DNA of 63,320 nucleotides, the filler included, from Octopus bimaculoides (taxonomy: Eukaryota), in the NCBI RefSeq assembly GCF_001194135.2. It is 5 parts of 4 records of this genome, joined end to end, with 100 filler letters (N's around TTAATTAATTAA, not from the genome) between each part and the next. Parts side by side here need not be neighbours in the genome. Positions count along the whole stretch, not along the records: positions 1 to 26,418 come from NC_068986.1; positions 26,519 to 38,548 come from NC_068981.1; 3 more parts are not named here. One strand, 5' to 3'. How positions within the stretch are numbered: position 1 is the first letter of the stretch; each line of letters begins with the position of its first letter. Both the position numbers and the translations under genes were made by a program. Below the pieces are notes generated by a model that saw only the letters and a list, made by a program, of their open reading frames with translations, made no database searches and had not been told where the DNA came from. Shown piece after piece: positions 14,580 through 28,164 of the stretch.

Positions 14580-16488
14580 CATTTCTTGTAAGATAGACTA
14601 CAACTATCTTCCGATTAATAGGGGAGTAGAAGCTGATACAGAGACAATGCAAGGATTCGTTTTTATTATTGTTTTTCTTAAAGCAAGTCGTGTGTGAATT
14701 TTGTGTAATACACACATTCAACAGCGCAGTAGATTATCAGATGTTCACCTAAAGTGATAAAACAAGATGAACAATTTTAAACTTGATCCTTTAAAATTTT
14801 CTTTACTACCAGCTATCATTTGATACTCAATCATTGCACAAATCTATTGCAATATGATCAAGTTAAACTATCTGAACCTGTGTCACCAATAAATGATTTC
14901 AAAGAACATATCTCTTAAAAATCATTACTTTTGCTCTATCCGGCACTTTAAATTTCAGGAAAACCTCTGTAAAACCGTTCTTTTATAATGTGGTATATAC
15001 TCGTTTGGTGCCACTGGCATTTTGAGGTTATTCATGTAAGCGATATTCTCGAACGTACTCCTACAAGAAAATTTCAAGTGCAGAAATAGTATGTTAGGCA
15101 GTTAACACTATCATCGTCTGTGTATATGGATATTGGTTTCGCAAGATATTTTGTAATTCGTTAGTAGAGCAGAATGTATAAATATTCATTTGCTATGTGC
15201 AATTATTTTATATCTCCCTTTCAAATACTTTTCACCTAAAATATGTAAGATAAAAACACGAATCAAATAATAACAAAGTGATCATATTTTTTTTTTCATT
15301 TTCAAGCGTTGCAATATGTACGGGCAACATTCTTAAGAAGTGAAGAATCGAGGAAGAAGCATTGAGATTGACAAAAAATCATAGAAATGCTTAACCCCTT
15401 GACTGCCCATATAATTTTCGTCAGTTATTCATAAATGAATATTTTTTCAGATATTTAGTTAACTCTTGTTTCATAAGTTCTGAGTAATATAAAGGTTTCG
15501 TTTCCTAACTCCTAAAAGTATTACTACAGATATTAAAAAAACGATAAAATACTTTTCTACTGGCTCTTATACCGCCAAAATAAACTTAACAATGCAACAT
15601 CAGTGACTATATAACAATGCGACATCACTGACTATACGTATTTCCTGAATAATTTGTGCAGAATGCATTTTAGAAACTGTTGTACCTCGAGACACGGGCC
15701 AGCATACTATTCAAGAATAAACTTTGTCCGTTCCTTTATATTGGTTACAAAAAAATTCACTGGCCTCCTAACAAAGTTTGATTAGAAATAACAAATGAAC
15801 ATACTTGCATTTACAGATAAACATAGAAAATAGTATTCACATTATGTTTATATTCGTACGTATGTTTCCTCTGTTTTTATCGTTTTATGTTTAAGTGTAC
15901 TTTTGCACGATAAATTCTTTTCTCCTTATCGCATCAATTTTTCAGGTCGTTTGGATAAATTTTATTGAGAGGATTCGAGCAATTACAACTGTTGAACAGA
16001 ATCCATTCATTTCCAAACCGTGCTTTGCATTGGCAGTTTCTAAATTTACCATCTTGATATGCACAACTCGTCAAGTCATTATTTCTTTTTTTGTTCATAT
16101 TGTTTCCTTTACCCTGCAACTAGACTAACGTTGAGATTGGGAAATTAAGGTAACGTGTATTGTATGAAACCTTTTCACCAAAGGACATTGCAACTTCTCT
16201 AATGAGGTTACATATTTTGAAATAACTTTCGATAAGCTTTACAAGTACAGTATTTTTTCAATTATTCAGAATGTAGTAAACTATTGAAACAAAATTATAA
16301 ACTCTGCGGATGAACTATAGCACATTTTAACTTCTAATTACGAATTACGTTGTATGGTTTCCCATAAAATTCGATATCCTAGATATATTCTACACCTTCA
16401 TATGCATTTAAACTGCGTTCACTATCGGAAAGCAGGGTTTATAATGCCAAAATGTTTTCCAAATATGTAGTCATTCTGTCAAGTCTTT

Positions 16489-16639
16489 AAATTAACCCTA
16501 GCTTAACTCTATTTTGAGGCGTATACAGATTTAAGAACACTATCCTAATCATATATTCAATGAGTATATGATTAGGACGGCATTCTTAAATCTGCAGTTC
16601 ATAGGCCTCAAAATAGACTTTTTGCTAGGGTTTTAATTT
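16489..16639. repeat. ~150 bp imperfect palindrome (MITE/foldback-like)
   Basis: Arm pairs: aaattaaccctagc/gctagggttttaattt, tctattttgaggc/gcctcaaaataga, cagatttaagaa/ttcttaaatctg, tcctaatcatata/tatatgattagga. Confidence 0.8.
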
Positions 16640-16670
16640 GAACATGAGATAGACAGGCGGGAATCAGATA

Positions 16671-16728
<58 letters not shown>

Positions 16729-17194
16729 GTATTACAATTCTTAATCAATTTCGATCGTTTTAAAAATTAGTGGAAAGGAAACATGAACCAACATGTATAA
16801 AAATTACGAAATGATTGATAATAAAAATGAGTTGCAAATAACTCGTATTCTCTCTTTTACACATGCGTATGTCAAGCTAATACACCTGCTTGTTGTTCTG
16901 TAAATTTCAACTATATGTATGTATGAATGTATGTATTGTAGCTATCATATGAATGTTACAAACTTTCTTGAGAACGGGAATTCTTTTTCGAATATATTGA
17001 AGTGCGGAAATGAAGCTATCAATGATACATTCTAAATGTTGCATTGAAAGAATCCTTTTAGATAGAAAACGTCGAAAGTTATCCTTTTGATTTTTACATT
17101 TCAAATGCTTTTCCAACTCCAGATTTAGATGGCATGACGTATAAATTTACATGAGAGCTACGAGATATTCCAGAATGAAAATATATATCTATAC

Positions 17195-17255
<61 letters not shown>

Positions 17256-17444
17256 TGAGCGCACGCGCATAAAAATAGAAAATACGGGTGGTTTATATAA
17301 TTCTCTAAGTGCTATTTTAGGATTCATCCCACAGCCCTCACGGTTTGGTCGAATCTACCCTTATGACAGTTTAAAGTAATTTTTAGTGTGTTTGTCTTTT
17401 ATCGTCCCTTATCACTGCGATATATACGTGGACATCAATATATG

Positions 17445-18329
17445 TACCGTAAATTTTCGAGTATTTTCCGCCCTTGAGTATAATACGCAAGGGATTTTTT
17501 AAGGGGCTGTAACTCTGAAAAACCTAAACGTTGTGAATAATACGTACCCCTTCGCTGACTTGAGTCAAGGAGGTCTATATAACGTCGTTGGTTTGTAAAC
17601 ATATATACAGTAACGTCCTTTATTATTATTGTATATATAACATGATGCAAACGTGTAGTTTTTTAATGCACTTTGCAGAAAATAAAGAAATAACAGTAAT
17701 AATCTCAGTGAAAAATAAATATTAAGTAAATAGCCTTTCACATATTTATCACTATCAGTTACAAAAGCAAAAGCAAAAGCGTTTATTCAAATCCTTCAAA
17801 TTCAACGTCACTTTGAACATCAAATAACTGTTCCGTTTGTTCCTCCGTAAACATGTCAGCAACATTATAGTGTAATAAATCTCCTTCATCGTCAGATTCA
17901 TAGTCAACACCAGAAGATTCACTTTCATTTATTTCATCATTCCATACAACGTCATCCTGAGTACCATCTAGTGCAGACTATATACAACATTTGATAAAAC
18001 TTTTCACTATTATCTGGGGACCACGTTCATTCCATGCATACTCGATCCGTTTGCATATCAATGTCAGGGCGGGAACGCGAACCCTTCTGCCTTTAGTGAA
18101 CGACTTTTATGATTCGTTTATAATTTCATTGCTTTCAGGTTTACTTAAGGTATTTTCGCGCCCGACATCACAAAATGAGTCTGAATAAGTATTGCCGGAC
18201 AGCAAATAGAGATCCGGATATTGCGTAGAAAATATTTTTCATTTTTAACTTCGTATATAGTACGCACTAAGGATTTTGACCTTTAAATACGAGGAAAAAA
18301 ATGCGGATTATACTCGAGGATTTACGGTA
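17445..18329 (-). mobile_element. Internally deleted pogo/Tc2-type DNA transposon
   Basis: TA-flanked TIRs taccgtaaattttcgagtattttccgc / gcggattatactcgaggatttacggta; minus strand encodes a transposase C-terminus remnant TKGRRVRVPALTLICKRIEYAWNERGPQIIVKSFIKCCI*SALDGTQDDVVWND. Confidence 0.85.
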
Positions 18330-18547
18330 TGCATGTACGTCAATAGTTTACTAGTTTACCATCAACGTACAGAGAGGATTTAATGACTTGCAGCATACAA
18401 TACTATTCGAAAATAAAATGAAATTGGATATTGCAATATATTTTCACATCACTGATTCATGCAAAATTTGCATAAATCTCACTTTGTCTTCCTTCTTCTG
18501 TAATAAAAATCAAAATGATAATACTAATAATCGTTTCTACTAAATCC

Positions 18548-18628
18548 ACAAGGCCTGAAATTTGGGGGAGAAGTCTAATCAATTACATCAATCCCAGCGT
18601 TTCAATCTTACTTAATTTATCGACCCCA
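18548..18628 (-). mobile_element. SINE family B 3' fragment
   Basis: cacaaggcctgaaatttgggggag...cttaatttatcgacccc. Confidence 0.65.
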
Positions 18629-18800
18629 ACAACAACAACAACACCAACAACAATAATAATAATAATAGTGTAGCTCCAGAAAACAGTGTTATTAGAGAAC
18701 ACTCAGTTACTTGTAGGGTTGTTGGTATCTAAATTTACTTTTTGTAACCCGATGTTAGGAATTTTTTTCTTTTCAAACAGTCTAATCTGTTGTGGGTATA

Positions 18801-18836
<36 letters not shown>

Positions 18837-19613
18837 NNNNNNNNNNNNNNNNNNNNNNNNNNNNNNNNNNNNNNNNNNNNNNNNNNNNNNNNNNNNNNNN
18901 NNNNNNNNNNNNNNNNNNNNNNNNNNNNNNNNNNNNNNNNNNNNNNNNNNNNNNNNNNNNNNNNNNNNNNNNNNNNNNNNNNNNNNNNNNNNNNNNNNNN
19001 NNNNNNNNNNNNNNNNNNNNNNNNNNNNNNNNNNNNNNNNNNNNNNNNNNNNNNNNNNNNNNNNNNNNNNNNNNNNNNNNNNNNNNNNNNNNNNNNNNNN
19101 NNNNNNNNNNNNNNATATCAGTGTGTGTGTGTGTGTGTGTGTGTGTAGAAGACGTTTTAGTGTAAGTATAGTTTCTTTGCCCAGACAAAAATGCAAAAAT
19201 ATACAATACTACCATTGTGACACTTCTTACGCCAATGGTTAGACATCGTACCAAAAGTGTCAATGAAAGAACCAGGCTCTATGATAAAGTAGTTACTGAT
19301 TTCCGCAAGTCATTTGCGTTCTCGTTGCCTTTATAAAGATTTCGAAAATTATGCATGCTATATAATATACAGTAAGGAGAAAGCAAATCTAGAAAACTAA
19401 GTTAAAGTCATCAAATGTTGGTTTCTTTTAATCTCAGGAAAATTGTTATTCTTTATTTATAAAGAAAAAAATATGCTTTTGGGAATGAAAACTTACATTA
19501 ATTTAAGTATATAATTCTATACTTGTTAACAAATTTTACAATAAACAGTCGTGTTTGATTTACTTACCAAAGAACGAAAACTGTTTTATGTATGTTTATA
19601 TATTATATATACA

Positions 19614-19981
19614 GTGGTTAGGGCAGCGGACTCGCGGTCATAGAATCGCGGTTTCGATTCCCAGACCGGGCGTTGTGAGTGTTTATTGAGCGAAAACACC
19701 TACAGCTCCATGAGGCTCCGGCAAGGGATGGTGGAGAACCCTGCTGTACTCTTTCACCACAACTTTCTCTCACTCTTACTTCCTGTTTCTGTTGTGCCTG
19801 TAATTCGAAGGTTCAGCCTTGTCACACTGTGTCACGCTGAATATCCCCGAGAACAACGTTAAGGGTACACGTGTCTATGGAGTGCTCAGCCACTTGCACG
19901 TTAATTTCACGAGCAGGCTGTTCCGTTGATCGGATCAACTGGAACCCTCGACGTCGTAAGCGAAGGAATGCCAACAACAAC
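19614..19981 (+). mobile_element. tRNA-derived SINE family C, young copy (slightly 5'-truncated)
   Basis: gtggttagggcagcggactcgcggtc...gtttcgattccc head; near-identical to 49258-49640; ends in (caa)n. Confidence 0.85.
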
Positions 19982-21267
19982 ATATATATATATATATATG
20001 ACTGGCCTTCCCTATGAATGTACACATACTTATAATTCTCACTCTCTCCGTCATATATATTCATTATACATTGTACAGTGGTAGAAAGTTTATCATGTCT
20101 ACAAGCGATGTTGATTCGGCTCCTACGGAGAGCCTTCGACTTCACTACCAATCTTTTTTAAAGCGATAATTCACTGTTTTATATATATACTTCGAATCCA
20201 TTAGAAAATAACTTTGTGTGTGTGTGATGAAAAGCTTTCGCTGCTATTAGAATAGAAGTGAGTGTGTGTGTGTGTGTGACAAAAAGCTTCTGCTTGATAA
20301 TTGATACCTGGCCAAATTAATTTACATGATCCCGATAATCTCCATTAAGTCTGTGTGCATTGGCATGCGGCAAAATCTCTCGCGATGTTTCTAATTATGA
20401 GAAGGATAAACAAATGAGAATTAGACATATGAATATCATTAGTTTATTCTGAGATTCGTTTTTACAACATATAATGTCCTCAGTGGATTCCAGTTAATCA
20501 TAATTAGAGAGTGGGTTACAACAAAATTGACACGTTCAATTTCAGAGTGCTTCTTAAAGGTTCCCAACTAAAATATATCAACCAGTTGAGGTATGAAAGA
20601 AGCAGTATTTGCTCAAAATTGGTAGGTAGTTATATTACCGCCCTTTTTTCTGTATCTTACTGGTTATCCATAGCTCACACACCACGCCATGCATAATCAA
20701 TGTTGTTGCCGCTGGAGACACTGAAGACGGGATAATTTTTAATGCCTAAAATAATTTCGTTTCGTGATAATTGATAAGCAGTTCGAGCGAATAATTATAA
20801 CTTGTATCATACCAAGAGTCTGGAGTTGACCACAGAGCTAGTAAGAACTGGAAATTACCAAATAAATATTTTTAGAACTTATTTGTAAGATATATAATTA
20901 AAATCAAGCTAATAGGTGAAAATGACTGTTTCAATGTTGTAATATAGCTATATTCAGAATTGTTAAAATAGTTCTGTATAAAAGACTATGCAGAATACTT
21001 TTTAAAGTAACTTGCTTATTCATTAAATAATGTAAATGGAGCTAATGTATCATATAGCAGAAACAGCTGCAAACTAATTAAATTCATAAGACAATCATTT
21101 ATTCTTTTGCCATCAATTTCTCTCTCTCTGAACATATATATGCATATATATATATATATATATATATNNNNNNNNNNNNNNNNNNNNNNNNNNNNNNNNN
21201 NNNNNNNNNNNNNNNNNNNNNNNNNNNNNNNNNNNNNNNNNNNNNNNNNNNNNNNNNNNNNNNNNNN

Positions 21268-21308
<41 letters not shown>

Positions 21309-21334
21309 CATACACTTTTCTCCTCCTTTGTACA

Positions 21335-21810
21335 TCGATACCTCGAATGCTGCTGACTCTGTGGTCTCCCCATACAAAACATAACATCAAGAAAATAGAA
21401 TTACCCAAGAGGGCATTCATTAAACGAATTCAAGACATGACTGATCTCGATTACTGGGACCGCCTTAAAGCCTCGAATCTCTAGTCTTTCCTGCGCCGTC
21501 GCAAGCAGTATATCAGTTGTACGATGTGGAGAATATTCCACCAGCATTGCCCAAACGACCTGGAAATTAGATTTAGCTTCATGGTTTATCTAAGGCTAGG
21601 ACCACGGGACAAACGTCTGCTGCCCAATTCAGTATCACAACATATGGGTACACTACGACACAATTACTTTTCCTGAATAAGCCTTGCCCTATTTAACATT
21701 GTCCCAAAGATGACCTACGAGGAAAAGTATTCCATCTCCTTGAAACGCAATCTGGACAAATTTCTTCAAGGATTAGCAGATAAGCCACCTATACCTAAAA
21801 TAACTATAAT
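21335..21810 (+). mobile_element. CR1-clade LINE ORF2 C-terminal remnant
   Basis: WSPHTKHNIKKIELP.RAFIKRIQDMTDLDYWDRLKASNL*S...; paralogous to 38650-39123. Confidence 0.8.
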
Positions 21811-21962
21811 ATACCTAAAATATAACTATAAAAAGAAGAAAAAACTCCATACTTGAATGCAGCATGATACCACAAAAATTTAACTTAAAAAGGATTTGGA
21901 TAATCAAATCAGGTGGTGCTATTAAGTTAGACATAGCATGGACCAATCTTTATGGGTGTGTG

Positions 21963-21996
<34 letters not shown>

Positions 21997-22394
21997 NNNN
22001 NNNNNNNNNNNNNNNNNNNNNNNNNNNNNNNNNNNNNNNNNNNNNNNNNNNNNNNNNNNNNNNNNNNNNNNNNNNNNNNNNNNNNNNNNNNNNNNNNNNN
22101 NNNNNNNNNNNNNNNNNNNNNNNNNNNNNNNNNNNNNNNNNNNNNNNNNNNNNNNNNNNNNNNNNNNNNNNNNNNNNNNNNNNNNNNNNNNNNNNNNNNN
22201 NNNNNNNNNNNNNNNNNNNNNNNNNNNNNNNNNNNNNNNNNNNNNNNNNNNNNNNNNNNNNNNNNNNNNNNNNNNNNNNNNNNNNNNNNNNNNNNNNNNN
22301 NNNNNNNNNNNNNNNNNNNNNNNNNNNNNNNNNNNNNNNNNNNNNNNNNNNNNNNNNNNNNNNNNNNNNNNNNNNNNNNNNNNNNNNNNNNNNN

Positions 22395-22440
<46 letters not shown>

Positions 22441-23128
22441 GTATATATATAGTGACACACACACATACACACACACACACATATGTATTTTGTATGTGTA
22501 TATATGTGTATACATATGCATATGCATACTTATATAATAGATATATAGATATATTATATATAGATATGATTAAATAATAATAGATGAGTGTACATGTATA
22601 AATCCCCTACAGCCGTTTCTACAGATACAAATCGCTACGCTGTTTCTGTTATTCTAACTGAATTTCCCATGCGTTAGTTACCCCTATTGCCGTCCAATAT
22701 TTGTTCATCTCTGTATATCACTGACGTGATGAGAATGACTTAGAAGATTCCGAGACTACGGCCTAAAGGATTTATATCTGTATGCTCTTCTATTATTATT
22801 CATTCATTTCTATATACATGTAGTTCTTTACGTATTCATTGGCTGATGTCATTCGTGTACTCATATGACTTAAACACGTGTTTTTTAACATTTAATAAAT
22901 ATATATATATTACTGGCTGATGTTTGTCGATTTTATATCTTTTGCATTGTCTTATTTGCCTTTTAAAACCTGGGTAAATCTGCTATGTACCCACACCCAT
23001 ACTTAGTATATAATTACAATACTGCCATGCAATAGTAAGCAATTGGTTAAAAATACGTTGGTGTGCATAGAGTAGTATGTTGGATATTTAATATCCCTTA
23101 GATGGGTTCTTAACCTCTTTCTCACACA

Positions 23129-23250
<122 letters not shown>

Positions 23251-24352
23251 TGCGTGTGTTGAAATGCTTTGTGAGCAAGAAAGTTTGAAACTTTAACCCT
23301 TAAGTGGTTGGCAATTGCTAGACGACGCTTTGTGCCACACAGGTTAACAGCTAAAGCCTTTTTATCTTAAGACTAAATTTTATTTTCCTTTTAAATCAAA
23401 ACAAAACCTGTAAACAAAACAAATATTAATTTCCTAAATTTGATACTTTTTGTTACAATTGAAAAGTAATTCTAGCATCCCATACACTTTCACTATCTAG
23501 AGCATCAATCATTATCATGTTCTAAACCTTGTCTGTGGGGGAAGGAAAGGGCCGCTTAGGTTTAGACGCAATTCACGAAGTAGACGCTCATGCATCAATT
23601 GATGACGTCCGCAATTCTCTTACGAAACATCGTTCGACTGTGTCCACCGCTGAAGTGTGAAGCAAATATATTTATGAAGGATTCTATCAAAAAATATATT
23701 TTATGCATTAAAATGTTTCAAGAAAAATAGTTATAGCGCTTATATAATAACGGAAATTTACATTTTCTTCAAGTTCATAACAACAGAACATATACAAATC
23801 ATTATGTTTGACGGAGATAATGAGTGTGATTACACTACCTCCCAAACAAATACAAAAGCCGGGACATGAACAACACAGCAAAGATAGATAATTAGAAGAA
23901 GTAAGCAAGTAACTTGAACAAGACAGGTACTACAAAAAAAGTTATGAACAAAAACTTAAATTTTAAATGATTGTCTGGAGGTATGATTTTAATAGATAAA
24001 AACTGGTGTAACTTGTGTAGATGGTTTTTTAAGTAAAAGTGTGGCAATTTCCTATGTAAATCATTGCTATGTATTAAATGTGCAGGAAAAGAGTTAGCGC
24101 TTATTGATGTTAGAAATGGAAGGGTTGAGGTAGTTAGGAATGTCGACCACAAATATTGCAGACAACAAAATGTTACATTCAAGGTAGGATATAAACTTAA
24201 AACGTGTGTAAGTTTTAGTGACCTACTTCTTGCCAGAAAACAACTATTCGAATTGTTCTTAACATAACGTAGCTAATAACATTTTGACTGCCACCATCTA
24301 ATAATAACTCTTTACAGATTCCTACATACTTTCATGTTAACTAATGCACAAA

Positions 24353-24450
<98 letters not shown>

Positions 24451-24990
24451 CAAACTACTAAATCCCAGGATCTTGCAGTATCTTGTCCTCTATCTTGATG
24501 GCAAATTTAGAGTACTTGGCTCTATGCAATGGCTTCCAGTTTTAGTATTACTCTAACACGCAATGCCAACGTTTGCGACAAATCCCTCCAGGATCTTCTA
24601 TATGCATATTATAGCACATCTTTCTCACCTACGCTCTAAGAGATAGAGTCTTAATCTCCTCAGTCTTATATATATATATATATATATATATATACTTATA
24701 CTCTATTTCTTATATATACATATATATACGTACCTAATATACAAAGATATGGTCTTAGTAACACATCTACAGATATTTCTAGAAGTAGAATTTTCTTTTT
24801 TTCAACTCACCTACAATAATCTAATGGTGGAGTGTTTTTTACGTTTATGTAGAATTGTCTTTATATTACAGTGGCAGGCATTTCCCATCCAATCTGCACC
24901 CAAAAAGTATTAGCTTCCTTTCATTTATCATGTGAGGCATAATTTGAATGAGTTTTGTTCTATTTAGACAAGTTAAAATAAATGAACGTT

Positions 24991-25028
<38 letters not shown>

Positions 25029-26374
25029 TATGGTCTTTCATTATTCGCGAAAAACCAGGATAATATAATCTGAGTTTTTCGTATTTAATTTCTTTACACC
25101 TAGAGTGAAGCTCAAATACCTGTTTTTTTGTGTACTTCTTGAAAATGGTATCCTATAAAGATTATAATACAGCTTTATTCTGTGTTGATTCAACTCACTT
25201 TTTAAACAACATAAATACAATCTTGTATATATGTGAATGTGAGAGTCAGTTTGTGCAGTTATAGAAGAAAGATTTTACAAATATATAGAATCAATTTTCC
25301 CGTGTCAAAACCAAATATCTAATTCAGCTTACTATGAAATGTATTAGAACTCAAAGCGTGCCAAATTCTCATTGAAAAACATTGGCAAATAAATATATGA
25401 ATAGCAGTTTTGTTTAAAGGTCATATTTATGACGAAACGGTATAATAATACATTTTTACAAACTTTCTGTAAAATTTAGGTTGCGTAAAAATATATAAAT
25501 ACTCTACATGGAATATTTTACACCTTTTTTTTTTTCTAAGTGATACGTAACCACGTATATTTCTGGTCGGCTGTGTAAACATTTATTACTTTTACAATGT
25601 CTGGACATTTGTGAAATGTTCCCTCTAAACATATCCGTAAAAAAAAAAAATGAGGTAATTATTGTTTGAGGCGTCTGAGTATCGTTGAGATTACTGTATG
25701 CTCAGATATCGAGGATTCTGCTGTCTGAGTTACTACAGAAGTCAAACTTTTCTTTCACTCTTTCTATACCGATGAAATTGATGCCATCCTATACATTCTC
25801 TCTCTCTTTCTTTCCATGATATCAGCTGAAGATCTCGTTGGGGTTGAGTCCCACAAGGTTTAAAATTTCCCAAGAAACACTGCATTCGTATCAGTGAATA
25901 ATTGGGAGACCGATGTAAAGCTAAAGTAGGTTATACATCCTTGTCTGCAGAATATGGTTAATATAGCCTTTGTATTTATTCTTCATTTCATATCCACGTA
26001 ACACGCCACTACTTGAGAAATCTATTTCATATCAACGTAACACGCCACGACTTGAGAAATTCAGCGATATCTAGCTTTCCTCCTGATTAAAAATTATGGC
26101 TTTTGAAATAAATTGATCTGTACGACATATGTTACGAGAAATATAAGCCTAGCAAAGAAAATATTTAAACACAGTAAAGACAAACCCAATACTTCTTGTC
26201 ATTAACTCGCTCTTCTCGTATAGCTATATTAAATTTCTTAAGAGTAGAATAATCAGAGTTACCAACTGCAGTTAAAAAAGACCACTTGTCCATGTTTAAC
26301 TGTAAGTCTAGAAGGCTTATTTAGATGTAAGTCTATATATATACCAACACACATATATATACAAATGTATATAA

Positions 26375-26418
<44 letters not shown>

Positions 26419-26462
26419 NNNNNNNNNNNNNNNNNNNNNNNNNNNNNNNNNNNNNNNNNNNN

Positions 26463-26474
26463 TTAATTAATTAA
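26463..26474. other. Assembly linker TTAATTAATTAA inside an N gap (also at 38593, 53267, 61094)
   Basis: Identical 12-mer with stops in all six frames, always embedded between N runs. Confidence 0.9.
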
Positions 26475-27639
26475 NNNNNNNNNNNNNNNNNNNNNNNNNN
26501 NNNNNNNNNNNNNNNNNNATTTCATGGAGAGAAACAAGATAAATAATAGAGGGCAAACTAAAGCGCGAAGGTATGAGATGTTTGAGGCCGTAAATAAATA
26601 AAAATCTCTATCTTAACTGCATCTTGGAGACTTCGTCGTAGTATGTCAGAATTCCTATTATTTATATATATATATATATATCAAAAGGATGTGTTATAAT
26701 ACTATTCCACATATACAAAAACAACCATACCAACAATCCAACATACCTCCATCATCAGCTGCCCCACAGATATCATTATGGTTTTGTCACCTGGGCAGTA
26801 CCATTGAATCTGGTGGTGTCAACAGCAATAAAATAAGTGTTGTTTGGGAACAAACAAACCAAAGAAACCACAACTTTCAAACACATTAACCCTGTGTACA
26901 ACAGTATCAGTAAATAAATTCAATAAGTCAATCTATAACCAACTCTTAAATATGTAACTAAACAGCAACTAAGTCATACATTTTATTCCCTACAGTCTTC
27001 CATAGTATAATATACAAGTGAAAGCTTAATAACCACATTCATTCCATTTAAATAAAGGCAGGATTAAGAACTAACTTTAAAATTAAACTACAACAAAGAA
27101 ACACATAAATTTATGTACATCTGTATCAGTATTAATAGTAAACTTACACTAACTAAATTATATACTAAATAGCGACCAATCTTTAAGTCCATACAAATAA
27201 TAATCCCACCAATCTTCCATAGTTACTACTATAATAAATTCACTTTTCTCAGATATCTACTCATTTATGAAGGGCTACTATAGACTATCTTCCTGCTTTT
27301 TGCTTAATTATATTCAGATGCGTATTTGCACAACTTATAAATGCTTTGATACCTTAAACAGCTTCTTAACCATCTTTTATTTTTATTTTCATCACCTCAA
27401 CCAATATATTTCCTATGGCTGTCTTTGTTTAACCAGATTATGTCTTCTATGATAAGGATGTTGGATTTTAGAAATTAGATCTAATCTGAGCACTTATCTG
27501 TCTGTATGCATTCTATGCTTTCTATTGTATTGTTACCCACTCGGTGTGTGTGTGTGTGTGTGTGTGCGTGTGTGTGCGCGTGTGTTTATGTGTATTGGCC
27601 AATTAATGTAAAACTGCTTATATTTTAACTGAATCTAAA

Positions 27640-28100
27640 AACAAACATGAACTGTCTGAGAAAGCTGTTGAAATTCCCCTGGTAAGACCAGGTCCCAGGC
27701 ATGGATGTCCTCTCTCAAGCTGGTTTGCCAAGCAGTTACATGTTGCTGAGGAGAGTGCAAGTTAGAGGAGGAGGCTACCTTGTTCGAGTGCCTGACATGT
27801 GACTCTCCAAAAGACTGTTTTACAAGGAACTGGCAGAAGGCAAGCGCATGCAAGGTGGACAGAACAAAACGCTTTAAGGACACACTTAAAGCCTCACTAA
27901 GGTGCTTCCAGGTCAACCCTGACATCTGGAAGATGCAAGCACAGGTCTGCCATGCCTGGTGTAGCTGCACAAACAGTGGTGCCATCTCCTGCAAACAAAA
28001 TGGGAACACAGGAGCACAAAGAGAACATGAGCTGCTGGAATTTGAACTCAGACCATGAAGCCAGATAAAATGTCACTAAGCATTTTGCCCAGCATGCTAA
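27640..28100 (+). mobile_element. RTE (BovB-like) LINE C-terminal remnant
   Basis: MNCLRKLLKFPW*DQVPGMDVLSQAGLPSSYMLLRRVQVRGGGYLVRVPD...KRFKDTLKASLRCFQVNPDIWKMQAQVCHAW, typical of the RTE ORF end. Confidence 0.85.
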
Positions 28101-28121
28101 TGATTCTGCCAGCATGCCACC

Positions 28122-28164
<43 letters not shown>

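Noticed and set aside
25826-25857. Micro-exon AEDLVGVESHK as the continuation of the 24086 candidate
   Set aside because: Its phase is incompatible with the available donors, and its own donor is weak.
25990-26062. Short tandem duplications (also ~15590-15647 and ~54001-54048)
   Set aside because: Two-copy local slippage duplications with no further structure.
26463-26474. Recurrent TTAATTAATTAA motif (four times)
   Set aside because: Always embedded in N runs: a scaffolding linker, not biology.
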